Counted from the stretch's first letter, positions 26,319 through 40,682 are shown. The stretch: DNA of 64,000 nucleotides from Candidatus Neomicrothrix sp. (GCA_017852795.1 JAFMKU010000001.1:43127-107126); one strand, 5' to 3'. Made by a program: numbers and translations. Notes: generated from the letters alone by a model not told the origin.

Positions 26319-28148
26319 ATGCCGAAGGCTGTTGGTATTGACTTGGGAACCACGAACTCCGTGGTTGCCGTGCTTGAAGGTGGAGACCCCGTCGTTATCC
26401 CCAACTCCGAAGGGTCCCGTACCACTCCTTCGGTCGTAGCGTTCGCGAAAGACGGCGAGGTGCTGGTCGGTGAAGTGGCGAAGCGGCAGGCCATCACCAA
26501 CCCGGACCGAACGATCCGTTCGGTGAAGCGCCACATGGGTGGAAGCTGGTCCATTGATATTGATGGCAAGAGTTACGGTCCGCGTGAAATCAGCGCCCGA
26601 ACCCTGATGAAGCTCAAGCGAGACGCTGAGGAGTACTTGGGCGACACCGTTACCCAAGCGGTGATCACCGTTCCGGCCTACTTCGACGACGCGCAGCGCA
26701 CCGCCACTCAGGAGGCTGGCCGTATCGCTGGTCTTGAAGTTCTTCGGATCATCAACGAACCAACCGCGGCGGCGCTGGCCTACGGCCTCGACAAGGAAGA
26801 CACCGATCAGACAATTCTGGTGTTCGACCTGGGCGGTGGCACCTTCGACGTTTCGGTGCTTGAACTCGGCGATGGCGTGTTCGAGGTGAAGTCCACCTCG
26901 GGTGACACCAGCCTGGGTGGCGACGACTGGGACGATGCGGTGATCGACTGGATGGCCGAAACGTTCCACGGCGAACATGGCGTAGACCTGCGCAAAGATC
27001 CGATGGCATCGCAGCGGCTCAAGGAAGCCGCGGAGAAGGCCAAGATCGAACTGTCGCAGATGACTTCGACGCACATCAACATGCCGTACGTCACCGCGAC
27101 CGACGCGGGCCCGCTTCACCTCGATTACGAACTGTCCCGGGCCAAGTTCCAGGACCTCACCGCGGGTCTGTTGCAGCGTTGCCGTCAGCCGTTCGAGCAG
27201 GCCATCAAAGACGCCCACCTGACCAAGGGCGATATTGATCACGTGGTGCTGGTTGGTGGATCGACTCGTATGCCAGCGGTTACCGAACTGGTCAAAGAAA
27301 TGACCGGCCGGGAACCGAACAAAACCGTCAACCCCGATGAGGTGGTGGCGATTGGTGCAGCGGTTCAGGCCGGCGTGCTGCGCGGCGAGGTCAAGGACGT
27401 GCTGTTGCTTGACGTCACCCCGTTGTCGCTGGGAATCGAAACCAAGGGTGGCGTGATGACCACGCTGATTGAGCGCAACACCACCATCCCAACCCGTAAG
27501 AGCGAAACGTTCAGCACCGCGGACGACAACCAGCCTTCGGTTGAGATCCACGTGCTGCAAGGTGAGCGAGAAATGGCGGCGTACAACAAGACGCTGGGCA
27601 AGTTCCAGCTGGTTGATCTTCCTCCCGCTCCTCGCGGGGTGCCCCAGATCGAAGTGACGTTCGACATCGACGCCAACGGCATCGTGCATGTGTCGGCCCG
27701 CGATAAGGCCACCGGCAAGGAACAGTCGATGACGATCACGGGTCAGAGCTCGCTGGACAAAGACATCATCGACCAGATGGTCAAAGATGCCGAAGCTCAC
27801 GCCGAGGAGGACCGCAAACGCAAGGAAGAGGCCGACGTGCGCAACTCTGCGGATTCGCTCGTCTACCAAACCGAGAAGCTGCTCAAGGATCAGGCTGAAC
27901 AGGTCTCCGACGACGAGCGCTCCACCATCGAAGCGAAAATTGCCGAGGTGCGGCAGGCCCTCGACGGCACCGATATCGACGCCATCAAGACCAGCTCTGA
28001 TGCGTTGATGACGGCCAGCCAAGAGTTCGGGCAGCGTCTCTACGAGGCCGCAGCGGCCGCCGAGCGAGAGGCGGAGGCTGAGGCGGGTACGCCAGCCGAT
28101 GACGAGGTCGTGGACGCCGAAATCATCGACGACGAGCAGGACTCGTGA
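26319..28148 (+). CDS. dnaK: Molecular chaperone DnaK (Hsp70)
   Basis: ORF 26181..28148; ATG 26319 preferred ([18 protein letters not shown]), preceded by AGAAGAGGAG. Canonical Hsp70 motifs throughout. Confidence 0.97.
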   Translation: MPKAVGIDLGTTNSVVAVLEGGDPVVIPNSEGSRTTPSVVAFAKDGEVLVGEVAKRQAITNPDRTIRSVKRHMGGSWSIDIDGKSYGPREISARTLMKLKRDAEEYLGDTVTQAVITVPAYFDDAQRTATQEAGRIAGLEVLRIINEPTAAALAYGLDKEDTDQTILVFDLGGGTFDVSVLELGDGVFEVKSTSGDTSLGGDDWDDAVIDWMAETFHGEHGVDLRKDPMASQRLKEAAEKAKIELSQMTSTHINMPYVTATDAGPLHLDYELSRAKFQDLTAGLLQRCRQPFEQAIKDAHLTKGDIDHVVLVGGSTRMPAVTELVKEMTGREPNKTVNPDEVVAIGAAVQAGVLRGEVKDVLLLDVTPLSLGIETKGGVMTTLIERNTTIPTRKSETFSTADDNQPSVEIHVLQGEREMAAYNKTLGKFQLVDLPPAPRGVPQIEVTFDIDANGIVHVSARDKATGKEQSMTITGQSSLDKDIIDQMVKDAEAHAEEDRKRKEEADVRNSADSLVYQTEKLLKDQAEQVSDDERSTIEAKIAEVRQALDGTDIDAIKTSSDALMTASQEFGQRLYEAAAAAEREAEAEAGTPADDEVVDAEIIDDEQDS

Positions 28149-28684
28149 GCACCGAGGAGTTTGCCGACGACACCGAAGCCACCCCTGAACCCGAGGTTTT
28201 GGTTGAGGAAACCGGTGGAGACGAGGTCATCGGCGAACCGGTCAGCGTGGAAGAGCTGCTGGTCACGTTGGAAGCCGTCACCGCGGAGCGCAATCAACAC
28301 CTTGACGACCTTCAGCGGGTTTCAGCCGAATTCTCGAACTTTCGCAAGCAGGTAGAAAAACGTCAGGTGGAGCAGGTGGCGCAAGCCGGGGCTCGCGTCG
28401 CGGAAGCGTTGCTTCCGGTGCTTGACGCCTGCGATGCCGCGCTCCAGCAAGGCGTTGACGGGATCGAGCCGATCGTTGGTTTCCTGCGTAGTGAGCTAGA
28501 GCGTTCGGGGCTTGAGACGATTGCCGAATCCGATGCCCCGTTCGATCCCAGTCGCCACGAGGCGGCGATGAGCGAACCTGGCGAGGACGAGCACGACGGG
28601 CCTCGGGTTATTGAGGTGCTGCGGACCGGCTATGCCTGGAATGGGCGGGTGCTGCGAGCGGCAATGGTGAAGGTGCGAGGCTGA
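28145..28684 (+). CDS. grpE: Nucleotide exchange factor GrpE
   Basis: GTGA overlap with dna[16 protein letters not shown] and C-terminal FDPSRHEA...[16 protein letters not shown]. Confidence 0.9.
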   Translation: MSTEEFADDTEATPEPEVLVEETGGDEVIGEPVSVEELLVTLEAVTAERNQHLDDLQRVSAEFSNFRKQVEKRQVEQVAQAGARVAEALLPVLDACDAALQQGVDGIEPIVGFLRSELERSGLETIAESDAPFDPSRHEAAMSEPGEDEHDGPRVIEVLRTGYAWNGRVLRAAMVKVRG

Positions 28685-28732
28685 ACGGTAGGAACTGGCG
28701 CGGTGCGTCGTTGATCGAAAAGGAGGTGGACA

Positions 28733-29842
28733 ATGGCTGAGCCGGAACGGGAATGGTTCGAAAAGGACTACTACGCGATTCTCGGTGTTGCCGCGACTGC
28801 CACCGACAAGGAGATCACCAAGGCCTACCGCAAACTCGCTCGCGAGTTTCACCCTGATTCGAACCCTGGCAACCAACAAGCCGAGGAACGGTTCAAGGAA
28901 ATCTCGGCGGCCTATGCGGTGATCGGTGATGACGACCGTCGGCGTTCCTACGATCAGGTTCGCAAGATGGGGCCGATGGCCGGAGGTTTCAGCGGCGGAC
29001 CCGGTGGTGGCCCGTTTGCTGGCGGTCCCGACGACCTCAGCGATCTGCTGGGTGGGCTGTTTGGTCGAGGAGCTGGCGGTCGGGGCCACGGCCAGCAACG
29101 AACCCAAACCCGGGCGCAACGAGGCGCCGATCTCGAAGCTGATCTGGCGCTGGATTTCGAAGACGCGGTGAACGGACTAGAAACCTCGATCCACCTGACA
29201 TCGGAGGCGGCCTGTTCGAGCTGTTCTGGGACGGGAAGCGCACCGGGCCACGCACCGCAGCGCTGTGGCGCCTGCGGTGGTGATGGCATGCAGGACGACA
29301 ATCAAGGGTTCTTTGCGATGCGCCGACCCTGCAGTTCTTGTGGTGGCCGGGGGTCAATCATCACCGATCCGTGTACGTCGTGCCGCGGTTCAGGAACCGA
29401 AGTACGACCGCGTGAGGTCAAGGTACGAATCCCGGCCGGGGTCAAGACTGGGCAACGCATTCGCTTGCAGGGTCGAGGCGGTCCCGGTCGCCAAGGAGGC
29501 GCTCCGGGCGATCTGTTTGTGAAGGTTCGGGTTGGCCCGCATCCGTTGTTTGGTCGGACCGGCAAAGATCTGACCCTGACCGTTCCGGTGACCTTTGCCG
29601 AAGCGGTACTTGGCTGTGATCTCGCGGTGCCGACTCTGGCTGGTGAACCGGTCAAGATGCGGGTCCCGGCCGGGACACCGTCGGGCAAGGTATTCCGACT
29701 TCGTGGTAAAGGTGGTGGCGGTGACCTGCTGGTCACTGTCGTGGTTGATGTGCCCACGGAACTCAATGACGAGCAGCGAGCGGCGACTGAGGCGCTTGCG
29801 GCTGTCGGTGGTCCCTCCCCTCGGGCTCATCTAGGTGTCTAG
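28733..29842 (+). CDS. dnaJ: Co-chaperone DnaJ (type I)
   Basis: J domain (DYYAILGV..KAYRKLAREFHPD), G-rich linker, four CxxCxGxG zinc motifs (CSSCSGTG, CGACGGDG, CSSCGGRG, CTSCRGSG). AAGGAGG SD. Confidence 0.95.
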   Translation: MAEPEREWFEKDYYAILGVAATATDKEITKAYRKLAREFHPDSNPGNQQAEERFKEISAAYAVIGDDDRRRSYDQVRKMGPMAGGFSGGPGGGPFAGGPDDLSDLLGGLFGRGAGGRGHGQQRTQTRAQRGADLEADLALDFEDAVNGLETSIHLTSEAACSSCSGTGSAPGHAPQRCGACGGDGMQDDNQGFFAMRRPCSSCGGRGSIITDPCTSCRGSGTEVRPREVKVRIPAGVKTGQRIRLQGRGGPGRQGGAPGDLFVKVRVGPHPLFGRTGKDLTLTVPVTFAEAVLGCDLAVPTLAGEPVKMRVPAGTPSGKVFRLRGKGGGGDLLVTVVVDVPTELNDEQRAATEALAAVGGPSPRAHLGV

Positions 29843-29854
29843 CGGATTGGAGGA

Positions 29855-30235
29855 ATGATGGAAGGCGAACGTTTTCACCGGGCGGTCTATGTCATTTCGG
29901 TCGCCGCAGAGCTGGCGGGGGTGCACCCCCAGACGCTGCGGATCTACGAGCGCAAAGGGTTGGTTGAACCGTCGCGTACCGGGGGCGGAAGCCGCCGTTA
30001 CAGCGATGCAGATCTGGCCTTGCTGACCCGTATTCAGGAGCTCACCAACGAGGGGCTGAACCTTGCGGGCGTCAAGCGAGTGCTGGAACTCGAGAACCGG
30101 GTGGCCGAACTCGAAGGTCAAGTTGCGGAAGCCGAGACGGCGATCGGGCAGGCAGTGAAGCAGGTTCGTCGCGAGCAGCGCCGTGATCTGGTGCCGGTCA
30201 AGCAGAGCATCACCATCTACAAGCGCGGCTCCTAG
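29855..30235 (+). CDS. hspR: MerR-family heat-shock repressor HspR
   Basis: VYVISVAAELAGVHPQTLRIYERKGLVEPSRTGGGSRRYSDADL. Last gene of the dnaK operon, as in Streptomyces and Mycobacterium. Confidence 0.88.
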   Translation: MMEGERFHRAVYVISVAAELAGVHPQTLRIYERKGLVEPSRTGGGSRRYSDADLALLTRIQELTNEGLNLAGVKRVLELENRVAELEGQVAEAETAIGQAVKQVRREQRRDLVPVKQSITIYKRGS

Positions 30236-30255
30236 CCGCGGCCTGTTCAGGGACC

Positions 30256-31371
30256 ATGCGTATTGCCTTTGTGGGTCCGGTGCCGCCGTTGCGGGGAGGG
30301 ATTTCCCAGCACGGATGGCAGATCGTTCAGGCATTGCGCGCCACCGGGCATGACGTTCAGGTCGAATCGTGGCGGTCGCAGTACCCGCGAGCACTGTTTC
30401 GAGGTGAGCAGCCGTCGGTTGACGCGGTTCAGGCTCCGGAGGGTGTTCGCTTCGGGTTGCGGTGGTGGAACCCGCTGAGCTGGTGGGCTGCGGGTCGCCG
30501 GGCCCGGACCGCGGAACTGGTGGTGCTTGCGTGGGCCACCCCTTTTCATGGTCCAGCCCAACTCGTCGTGCTGGCCGCCACCCGCGGTGTTCCCGCGGTG
30601 GTGTTCGTTCATAACCCGGAACCGCACGAACGGATGCCGCTGGCGGGCTGGTTGCTGCGGCGGTTAGTGGCGCGCTGTTCCGGTGCGGTGGTGCATTCGC
30701 AGGAAGCGGCTGACGGGCTTCGTTCGGCGACCGGGATAGCCCGGGTTGAGGTGGTCGGCCATCCGCTGAACCTGCCAGTGGAACGGACACCGCTGCCTGC
30801 TTCGCCACCGTTGCGGTTGTTGTTCCTGGGTTTTGTGCGGGCCTACAAAGGGGTGGATCTGGCGATTGAGGCAGTGGCCGAGGCTCGCCAAAATGGTCTC
30901 GATGTTGAGCTGACGGTCTGCGGAGATTTCTGGGAACCGGTGAGTGACTATCAGGAACTCATTGGGCGATTGGCGGTGGAAGCCAGCGTGGAACTGCGGC
31001 CCGGGTACGTTCCCGATGCGGCGCTCTCTGACCTGCTGAGCCGTCACCATGCGGTGGTGGCCCCGTATCGTTCGGCGACGGTTTCTGGGGTGGTCCCGTT
31101 GGCGTTAGCAGCGGGTCGACCGGTGGTCGTAACCCCGGTTGGGGGGCTCCCGGAATCGGTTCGTCACGGCGTCGATGGCTTGGTGTCCGAGGCGGTTACC
31201 GCAGAGTCGCTAGCTGCGGCGCTGGCTCAGCTCGCCGAGATGCTCCCGGAATTGGCGGCCGCCGCGCAGGCGCCGGTAGACGGTTGGGAGCAGGTGGCGT
31301 CGGCATTGCTGCAGTCCGCAACGCCACCCGATGTCGTCGATCCGGGCCAACCCACGAAAAGTCAAAGTTGA
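30256..31371 (+). CDS. GT4-family (GT-B fold) glycosyltransferase
   Basis: MRIAFVGPVPPLRGGISQHG N-terminus and C-terminal E..G..V.E-type pattern (PYRSATVSGVVPLALAAGRPVV.TPVGGLPE). Starts 20 nt after the hspR stop. Confidence 0.8.
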   Translation: MRIAFVGPVPPLRGGISQHGWQIVQALRATGHDVQVESWRSQYPRALFRGEQPSVDAVQAPEGVRFGLRWWNPLSWWAAGRRARTAELVVLAWATPFHGPAQLVVLAATRGVPAVVFVHNPEPHERMPLAGWLLRRLVARCSGAVVHSQEAADGLRSATGIARVEVVGHPLNLPVERTPLPASPPLRLLFLGFVRAYKGVDLAIEAVAEARQNGLDVELTVCGDFWEPVSDYQELIGRLAVEASVELRPGYVPDAALSDLLSRHHAVVAPYRSATVSGVVPLALAAGRPVVVTPVGGLPESVRHGVDGLVSEAVTAESLAAALAQLAEMLPELAAAAQAPVDGWEQVASALLQSATPPDVVDPGQPTKSQS

Positions 31372-31406
31372 GCATGTTGTACTCAAGTTTTCTGAACGCT
31401 AGAATG
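31368..31406 (+). promoter_or_regulatory. HspR operator (HAIR) overlapping the clpB promoter
   Basis: GTTGAGC-atgttgt-ACTCAAG (31368-31388) against HAIR CTTGAGT-N7-ACTCAAG (5/7 and 7/7). TTGTAC (31378-31383), 17 nt, TAGAAT (31401-31406). AAGGAGG SD before ATG 31441. Confidence 0.65.
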
Positions 31407-31440
31407 AAGCGCTGACAGGACGATTCAAGGAGGTCCCCTC

Positions 31441-35354
<3,914 letters not shown>

Positions 35355-35389
35355 CCAGGAGCATCCAGCCCGCAACGAAAGGTTGAACC

Positions 35390-36814
35390 GTGACCGTTGA
35401 TCCGATGCCAAACGTGCTGTCCGCCCGCTACGCCAGCACCGCGATGAACCTGATCTGGTCGCCGGAACACAAGGTCATTGCCGAGCGTGAGCTGTGGTTG
35501 GCGGTCATGAAAGCCCAGCAACAGCTTGGGGTAGCGATCCCCGAAGCGGCCATCGAGGCTTACGAGGCGGTCAAAGCGCAGGTGGATCTGGCCTCGATCG
35601 CCGAACGTGAGGCAATCACCCGTCACGACGTCAAAGCCCGGATCGATGAGTTCTGCGCCCTCGCCGGCTACGAACACATTCATCGAGGTATGACGTCGCG
35701 TGACCTCACCGAAAACGTTGAACAACTCCAGATCAAACGGTCACTTGAGTCGGTGCGGGACTCGCTGGTGGCGCTGCTGGGACGGTTCTCGGCGCTAGCC
35801 GAAGAACACACGGGCCTGGTGATGGTGGCCAGAACCCACAACGTTGCCGCGCAGGCCACCACCCTCGGGAAACGCTTCGCCGACTGGGCCGAAGAAACGA
35901 TGATCGGGCTGGAACGGATCGAGGACCTGTTGGCCCGGTATCCACTTCGCGGGCTCAAAGGACCGGTCGGCACTCGGCTTGATCAACTCGATCTCCTCGG
36001 GGACACCGATCGGGTTGATGAGCTTGAAGCGATGGTGGCCCAGCACCTCGGGTTTGCCCGGGTTCTGGATTCGGTCGGTCAGATCTACCCCCGATCGCTC
36101 GACCTCGACGTGGTCTCGGCGTTGGTTCAGAGCACTTCGGCTCCGTCGACGGCAACGATGACCCTGCGCCTGATGGCTGGGCATGAACTCGCCACTGAAG
36201 GGTTCCGGCCGGGACAGGTTGGCTCATCGGCGATGCCGCACAAGATGAACGCCCGGAGTTCTGAACGGGTCAATGGGCTTCGGGTGGTGCTGGACGGGCA
36301 TTTGACGATGGCGGCCAGCCTCGCTGGGCGGCAGTGGAACGAAGGCGACGTCAGTTGTTCGGTGGTTCGTCGGGTCATGCTCCCCGACGCGTTCATGGCC
36401 GCCGACGGGCTGGTCCAAACCGCGCTGGGGGTGCTCGACGAGTTCGGTGTGTTCCCGGCGGTGGTGGCCGCGGAACTTCGACGCGACCTGCCGTTCCTTG
36501 CCACAACCCGGGTGCTTTCGGCCGCGGTGGACGCAGGGCTCGGACGCGAAGAAGCCCACGAGTTGGTCAAGGAACATGCGGTGGCGGCGGCATTGGCTCG
36601 TCGAGCGGGAGACCCTGGTGGCGATCTGCTGGCTCGCCTCGCGGCGGACAGTCGGATCCCGTTGGACGGCGAACAGCTCGACGCACTGCTGGCCGACCCG
36701 ACAGCGTTTACCGGAACTGCCGCGGTGCAGGTTCAGCGGATCGTCGAACGGGCTGACCGCATCTTGGCCCGCTTTCCGGCCGCCGCGGCCGCCTCGGCCG
36801 AAGTCCGCGTCTAG
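35390..36814 (+). CDS. purB: Adenylosuccinate lyase
   Basis: 474 aa. Fumarate-lyase signature GSSAMPHKMN; N-terminus VLSARYAS..M. Confidence 0.93.
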   Translation: MTVDPMPNVLSARYASTAMNLIWSPEHKVIAERELWLAVMKAQQQLGVAIPEAAIEAYEAVKAQVDLASIAEREAITRHDVKARIDEFCALAGYEHIHRGMTSRDLTENVEQLQIKRSLESVRDSLVALLGRFSALAEEHTGLVMVARTHNVAAQATTLGKRFADWAEETMIGLERIEDLLARYPLRGLKGPVGTRLDQLDLLGDTDRVDELEAMVAQHLGFARVLDSVGQIYPRSLDLDVVSALVQSTSAPSTATMTLRLMAGHELATEGFRPGQVGSSAMPHKMNARSSERVNGLRVVLDGHLTMAASLAGRQWNEGDVSCSVVRRVMLPDAFMAADGLVQTALGVLDEFGVFPAVVAAELRRDLPFLATTRVLSAAVDAGLGREEAHELVKEHAVAAALARRAGDPGGDLLARLAADSRIPLDGEQLDALLADPTAFTGTAAVQVQRIVERADRILARFPAAAAASAEVRV

Positions 36815-36906
36815 TCGGTTTCCCCCTCAACTCCTCGCCACTGCCTCGGGCTGAACTGGTTCGTGGGTGGTCGGATCAGGGTTGGGTAGCGGTAGCGTCA
36901 GGCCCC

Positions 36907-38310
36907 ATGACTACCGTGCCGACCGCGGCGTATTCCATCGGTCTGAAGATCGAACTCGACAACGTTCCGGGGACCCTTGGCCGGTTCGCGGTTGCCATCG
37001 GTGAAGCGGGTGGAAACATCGCCGGCGCTTCCGGTTTCGAAGCCAAAGGGCCGTCGGTTACCCGGATCGTGGACGTCCATGCCCGAGACGAAGCTCACAG
37101 TCAGCGGATCGTTGAGGTGGCCAAAGCCCTCAGCGGGGTCACCGTTGTGGACTGGTGGGACCGGACGTTCCGGCTTCACGAAGGGGGCAAGATCGAGGTG
37201 CTTCCGTTGTGCTCGGTTGGGGATGCCCACGACCTAGCCATGGCCTACACCCCAGGCGTGGCCCGGGTGTGCATGGCCATCCACGGCGACCGAAGCCTCG
37301 CCCACGACTACACGATCAAGAAGAACACGGTGGCTATCGTCAGCGACGGCACCGCAGTGTTGGGTCTCGGCGATATTGGTCCCGAAGCGGCCATGCCGGT
37401 CATGGAAGGCAAAGCCCTGCTGTTCAAAGAGTTCGCAGGGGTCGACGGTTTTCCCATCTGCCTCGACACCAAAGATCCGGACGAGATCATCGCCACCGTG
37501 CAGCGGATCGCTCCGACCTTTGGTGGCATCAACCTTGAAGACATCGCGGCTCCGAATTGTTTCGTGATCGAAGACGCACTCAAAAAGTCGTTGGACATTC
37601 CGGTGTTTCACGATGACCAGCATGGAACGGCGGTGGTCACGCTGGCCGGCCTGACCAACGCGTTGAAGATCGTGGACAAGCGGCTCGCCGATTGCCGGAT
37701 CGTGATCTCGGGAATGGGTGCAGCCGGAGTGGCGATCGGCAAGATCCTGCGCGATGCGGGCGCCACCAACATCGTGGGGGTGGACAGCGTCGGCATCATT
37801 CACCCTGGACGAGACCGGCTGAACTTCGCCAAAGAATGGTTCGCCGAGCACACCAACCCGGAACGGATGGCTGGCTCGCTGCAAGACGCGTTGCGGGGCG
37901 CCGACATTTTCGTCGGTGTGTCCGCTCCCAACCTGATCGACGCCAGTGATCTTCGCCAGATGGCCAAAGACCCGATCGTGTTCGCCATGGCCAACCCCGA
38001 CCCGGAGATTCGTCCAGAAACTGCGGATGGCCTCGCCGCGGTGATGGCCACCGGTCGAAGCGACTTCCCGAACCAGATCAACAATGTGTTGGCCTTCCCC
38101 GGGATCTTCCGGGGCGCGTTCGACGTTGGTGCTCATTCGGTTACCGAATCGATGAAGGTGGCAGCCGCCGAAGCCATCGCCAAGGTAGTGACCGACGACG
38201 AACTCCGACCCGATTTCGTGGTGCCGTCGGTGTTCGACCGTTCGGTCGCTCCGGCTGTGGCGAGTGCCGTGGCCAACGCCGCGGTTCTCGATGGAGCGAT
38301 TCGCTCGTAA
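36907..38310 (+). CDS. NAD(P)-dependent malic enzyme with N-terminal ACT-like domain
   Basis: LAMAYTPGVA, VSDGTAVLGLGDIG, FGGINLEDI, VFHDDQHGTA, GMGAAGVA, ANPDPEI, NNVLAFPGIFRG. Confidence 0.9.
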   Translation: MTTVPTAAYSIGLKIELDNVPGTLGRFAVAIGEAGGNIAGASGFEAKGPSVTRIVDVHARDEAHSQRIVEVAKALSGVTVVDWWDRTFRLHEGGKIEVLPLCSVGDAHDLAMAYTPGVARVCMAIHGDRSLAHDYTIKKNTVAIVSDGTAVLGLGDIGPEAAMPVMEGKALLFKEFAGVDGFPICLDTKDPDEIIATVQRIAPTFGGINLEDIAAPNCFVIEDALKKSLDIPVFHDDQHGTAVVTLAGLTNALKIVDKRLADCRIVISGMGAAGVAIGKILRDAGATNIVGVDSVGIIHPGRDRLNFAKEWFAEHTNPERMAGSLQDALRGADIFVGVSAPNLIDASDLRQMAKDPIVFAMANPDPEIRPETADGLAAVMATGRSDFPNQINNVLAFPGIFRGAFDVGAHSVTESMKVAAAEAIAKVVTDDELRPDFVVPSVFDRSVAPAVASAVANAAVLDGAIRS

Positions 38311-38345
38311 CGGTCGCGGGTTGCAGACCATCGCGTCGCGGCCAC

Positions 38346-38361
38346 TACCGTTCCAGCCATG
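38346..38361 (+). promoter_or_regulatory. Candidate -10 for a leaderless transcript of the FadH-like gene
   Basis: TACCGT (38346-38351), 7 nt, then ATG 38359. No SD. Confidence 0.4.
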
Positions 38362-40482
38362 AGGGAACATCTGCTGGCTCCGGTCACCGTCGGTTCCATG
38401 ACGGTTCCCAACCGAATCGTCATGGCCCCGATGGGCGTAGAGATCGTCGGAAGCGACGGTCGAGCCAACGAAGAAGTCATTCGGTATTACGAGGAACGGG
38501 CCCGCGGGGGAGCGGGACTGATCATCACCGAGGTCACCGCGTTTGCCTATCCGCGGGGCGCCAACTCGGCCCACCAACTAGCACTTTCCGATGACCGGTT
38601 CCTTCCCGAGTTGCAGGAGCTCACCAGTCGGGTTCACGCCTACGGGTCGAAGATCGCGGTGCAGTTGGTCCATCACGGCAAGGTGAGCCGTCTCGACATC
38701 AAGAACGAGGCTCCGGTTTTGGTCCCTTCGGTACCGCAGTGGGGTGGCAACCTCGACATGGTCGCCGATCTCTCGATGGATGAGTTGATGTTGATGGCCG
38801 GGGCTTCGGGTGGGCTCAAACCTGACTATCGGGCGGCGACGCACGAAGACCTCGCCGAGTTGACCGCGGCGTTTGGTGACGCCGTTGACCGGGCCCGTCG
38901 AGCCGGTTTTGACGCGGTGGAACTGCACGGCGCCCACGGCTATCTGGTTTCGTCGTTCCTGTCCCGCCAATGGAACCAGCGCACCGACGCATACGGCGGT
39001 TCGATCGAGAATCGGTCGCGGTTGCTCTGCGAACTGATCACCGAAGCGAAGCGTCGAGCCGGTGCCGACTACCCGGTTTGGTGCCGACTCGACGCGCTCG
39101 AATATCGAACCCCTGACGGCATCTCGTTTCCCGACTGTGAAGTGACCGCCCGGCTGGCGGTTGAAGCTGGGGCCGACGCCATCCACCTGTCGGCGTACGG
39201 CGATCAGACGTCGGGTCGGGCGTTTACCGAAGGCACCCTGCCCGACCAGGAAGCCCGCCATGCTGCGCTCAGCGGACGACTCGTGGCGTCGTTGCCGGTG
39301 CCGGTCATTGCGGTCGGACGTATTCGTCCTGCGGTCGGCGATGAACTCATCGCCCACGGCAAGGCCGATCTGGTGGGGATGGGTCGCCAGATGCTCGCCG
39401 ACCCGGCAACTGCCGCCAAAGTGGCCGAAGGCCGCGAAGCCGAAATTCGGCCCTGCATCAACTGTTACGTCTGCGTGGCTCAACCGTTCTTCGATCAACG
39501 GGTCAAATGTGCGGTCAATCCGGTGGTTGGTCGAGAAGCCGAGCTGGCCGACCTTGAGCGCAGCCCGGCCGACACTTCCAAACGGGTTGTGATCGTTGGT
39601 GCCGGCCCCGCCGGACTGGAGATGGCCAGAGTGGCAACGCAGCGCGGCCATCACGTCACCGTCTTGGAAGCAGCTGACCGGATCGGTGGAGCGCTTCGTT
39701 TCGCGGCCTTGCTTTACGAACCAAACCTTCGCCTCCTCAACTGGTATGAACATGAGGTCTCCCGGTTAGGAATCGATGTTCGGCTTTCGACGGTCGCCAC
39801 TGCCGAAACGATCCACGCGTTGCAACCGGATCATCTGGTGGTTGCCAGCGGCGCGGCCCGAAACCGGTCAACGCTTCCCGGCGCCGACCAGCGGCACGTC
39901 TTCGATGGTGACGATCTGCGCGATTTGCTGGTCGGATCTGGATCGGGAGGGGCGGCAAAGAAACTGGTCTGGCCAATTCGGTTGGGGGTTGCGGTTGGTC
40001 GCCGTCTGGGGTTGCTTGCCGATCCAGGACGGCTCGCATATCTCACCCGGTTCTTCCTGCCGGTCGGCCGCCATGTGGTCGTGGTGGGTGGGGGACTGGT
40101 TGGAGCCGAACTTGCCGAATTTCTGGTGGAGCGAGGCCGGAAGGTCACCGTGATTGAAGAAGGCGAGAAACTGGCGCTGGAGATGGCCCACCCGAGGCGT
40201 TGGCGGGTACTGGGCGATCTGCGCGAACACGGTGCGGTGCTGGTCACGGGAGCATCCGAGATCGAAATCGGGACCGACAACGTTTCCTACCGAACCGAAG
40301 ATGGTGCGGCCACGGCTCGGGCCGACACGGTGGTGATCGCCACGGGACTGACCGGTGATCGTCGGCTCGCCGAGGCGTTCACGGCGGCCGGGCTTGACCC
40401 CCTCGTCATCGGCGACGCCGACGGGGTGGGCTACCTCGAAGGAGCAATCCACGCTGGCTTCCACGCGGCGGTTGCGCTGTAG
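38359..40482 (+). CDS. 2,4-dienoyl-CoA reductase-like NADH:flavin oxidoreductase (OYE barrel plus 4Fe-4S plus FAD/NAD domain)
   Basis: 707 aa. OYE-like N-terminus (NRIVMAPM, GFDAVELHGAHGYL), Cys cluster CINCYVCV...C, and GAGPAG Rossmann motifs. Confidence 0.85.
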   Translation: MREHLLAPVTVGSMTVPNRIVMAPMGVEIVGSDGRANEEVIRYYEERARGGAGLIITEVTAFAYPRGANSAHQLALSDDRFLPELQELTSRVHAYGSKIAVQLVHHGKVSRLDIKNEAPVLVPSVPQWGGNLDMVADLSMDELMLMAGASGGLKPDYRAATHEDLAELTAAFGDAVDRARRAGFDAVELHGAHGYLVSSFLSRQWNQRTDAYGGSIENRSRLLCELITEAKRRAGADYPVWCRLDALEYRTPDGISFPDCEVTARLAVEAGADAIHLSAYGDQTSGRAFTEGTLPDQEARHAALSGRLVASLPVPVIAVGRIRPAVGDELIAHGKADLVGMGRQMLADPATAAKVAEGREAEIRPCINCYVCVAQPFFDQRVKCAVNPVVGREAELADLERSPADTSKRVVIVGAGPAGLEMARVATQRGHHVTVLEAADRIGGALRFAALLYEPNLRLLNWYEHEVSRLGIDVRLSTVATAETIHALQPDHLVVASGAARNRSTLPGADQRHVFDGDDLRDLLVGSGSGGAAKKLVWPIRLGVAVGRRLGLLADPGRLAYLTRFFLPVGRHVVVVGGGLVGAELAEFLVERGRKVTVIEEGEKLALEMAHPRRWRVLGDLREHGAVLVTGASEIEIGTDNVSYRTEDGAATARADTVVIATGLTGDRRLAEAFTAAGLDPLVIGDADGVGYLEGAIHAGFHAAVAL

Positions 40483-40537
40483 CGAAACCGATCCGGTAGC
40501 GCTCATCGGGTTTCGCGAACCCAAGGCCCGAACGCGC

Positions 40538-40567
40538 CATCGCCCCAGCTCGAGAGCCGGGGCGATG
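40538..40567. terminator. Long GC hairpin between the convergent FadH-like gene and the tRNA cluster
   Basis: CATCGCCCC-a-GCTC-ga-GAGC-c-GGGGCGATG (9-bp outer stem plus 4-bp inner stem). No U-tract on either strand. Confidence 0.4.
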
Positions 40568-40576
40568 AACCTAAGG

Positions 40577-40649
40577 TGGTCGGGACCGGCGTCGATCCGG
40601 TGACCTACCGCTTTTCAGGCGGCCGCTCTGCCAACTGAGCTACCCGACC
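40577..40649 (-). tRNA. tRNA-Phe (anticodon GAA)
   Basis: Reverse complement: GGTCGGG TA GCTC AGTTGGCA GAGC G GCCGC CTGAAAA GCGGT AGGTC ACCGG ATCGACG CCGGT CCCGACC A. Unusual T-loop (A at position 54). Confidence 0.88.
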
Positions 40650-40682
40650 TCTTGTGACATCTCTGCGAAAGAGATGCTGTTG

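Noticed and set aside
26102-26569. N-terminal 155 aa extension of the gpmA ORF (track start 26569).
   Set aside because: The extension overlaps the dnaK promoter and 5' coding region and has no GpmA similarity. The conserved family N-terminus (LVLVRHG.SEWN) begins right after ATG 26101, which also has a -10 hexamer in leaderless register.
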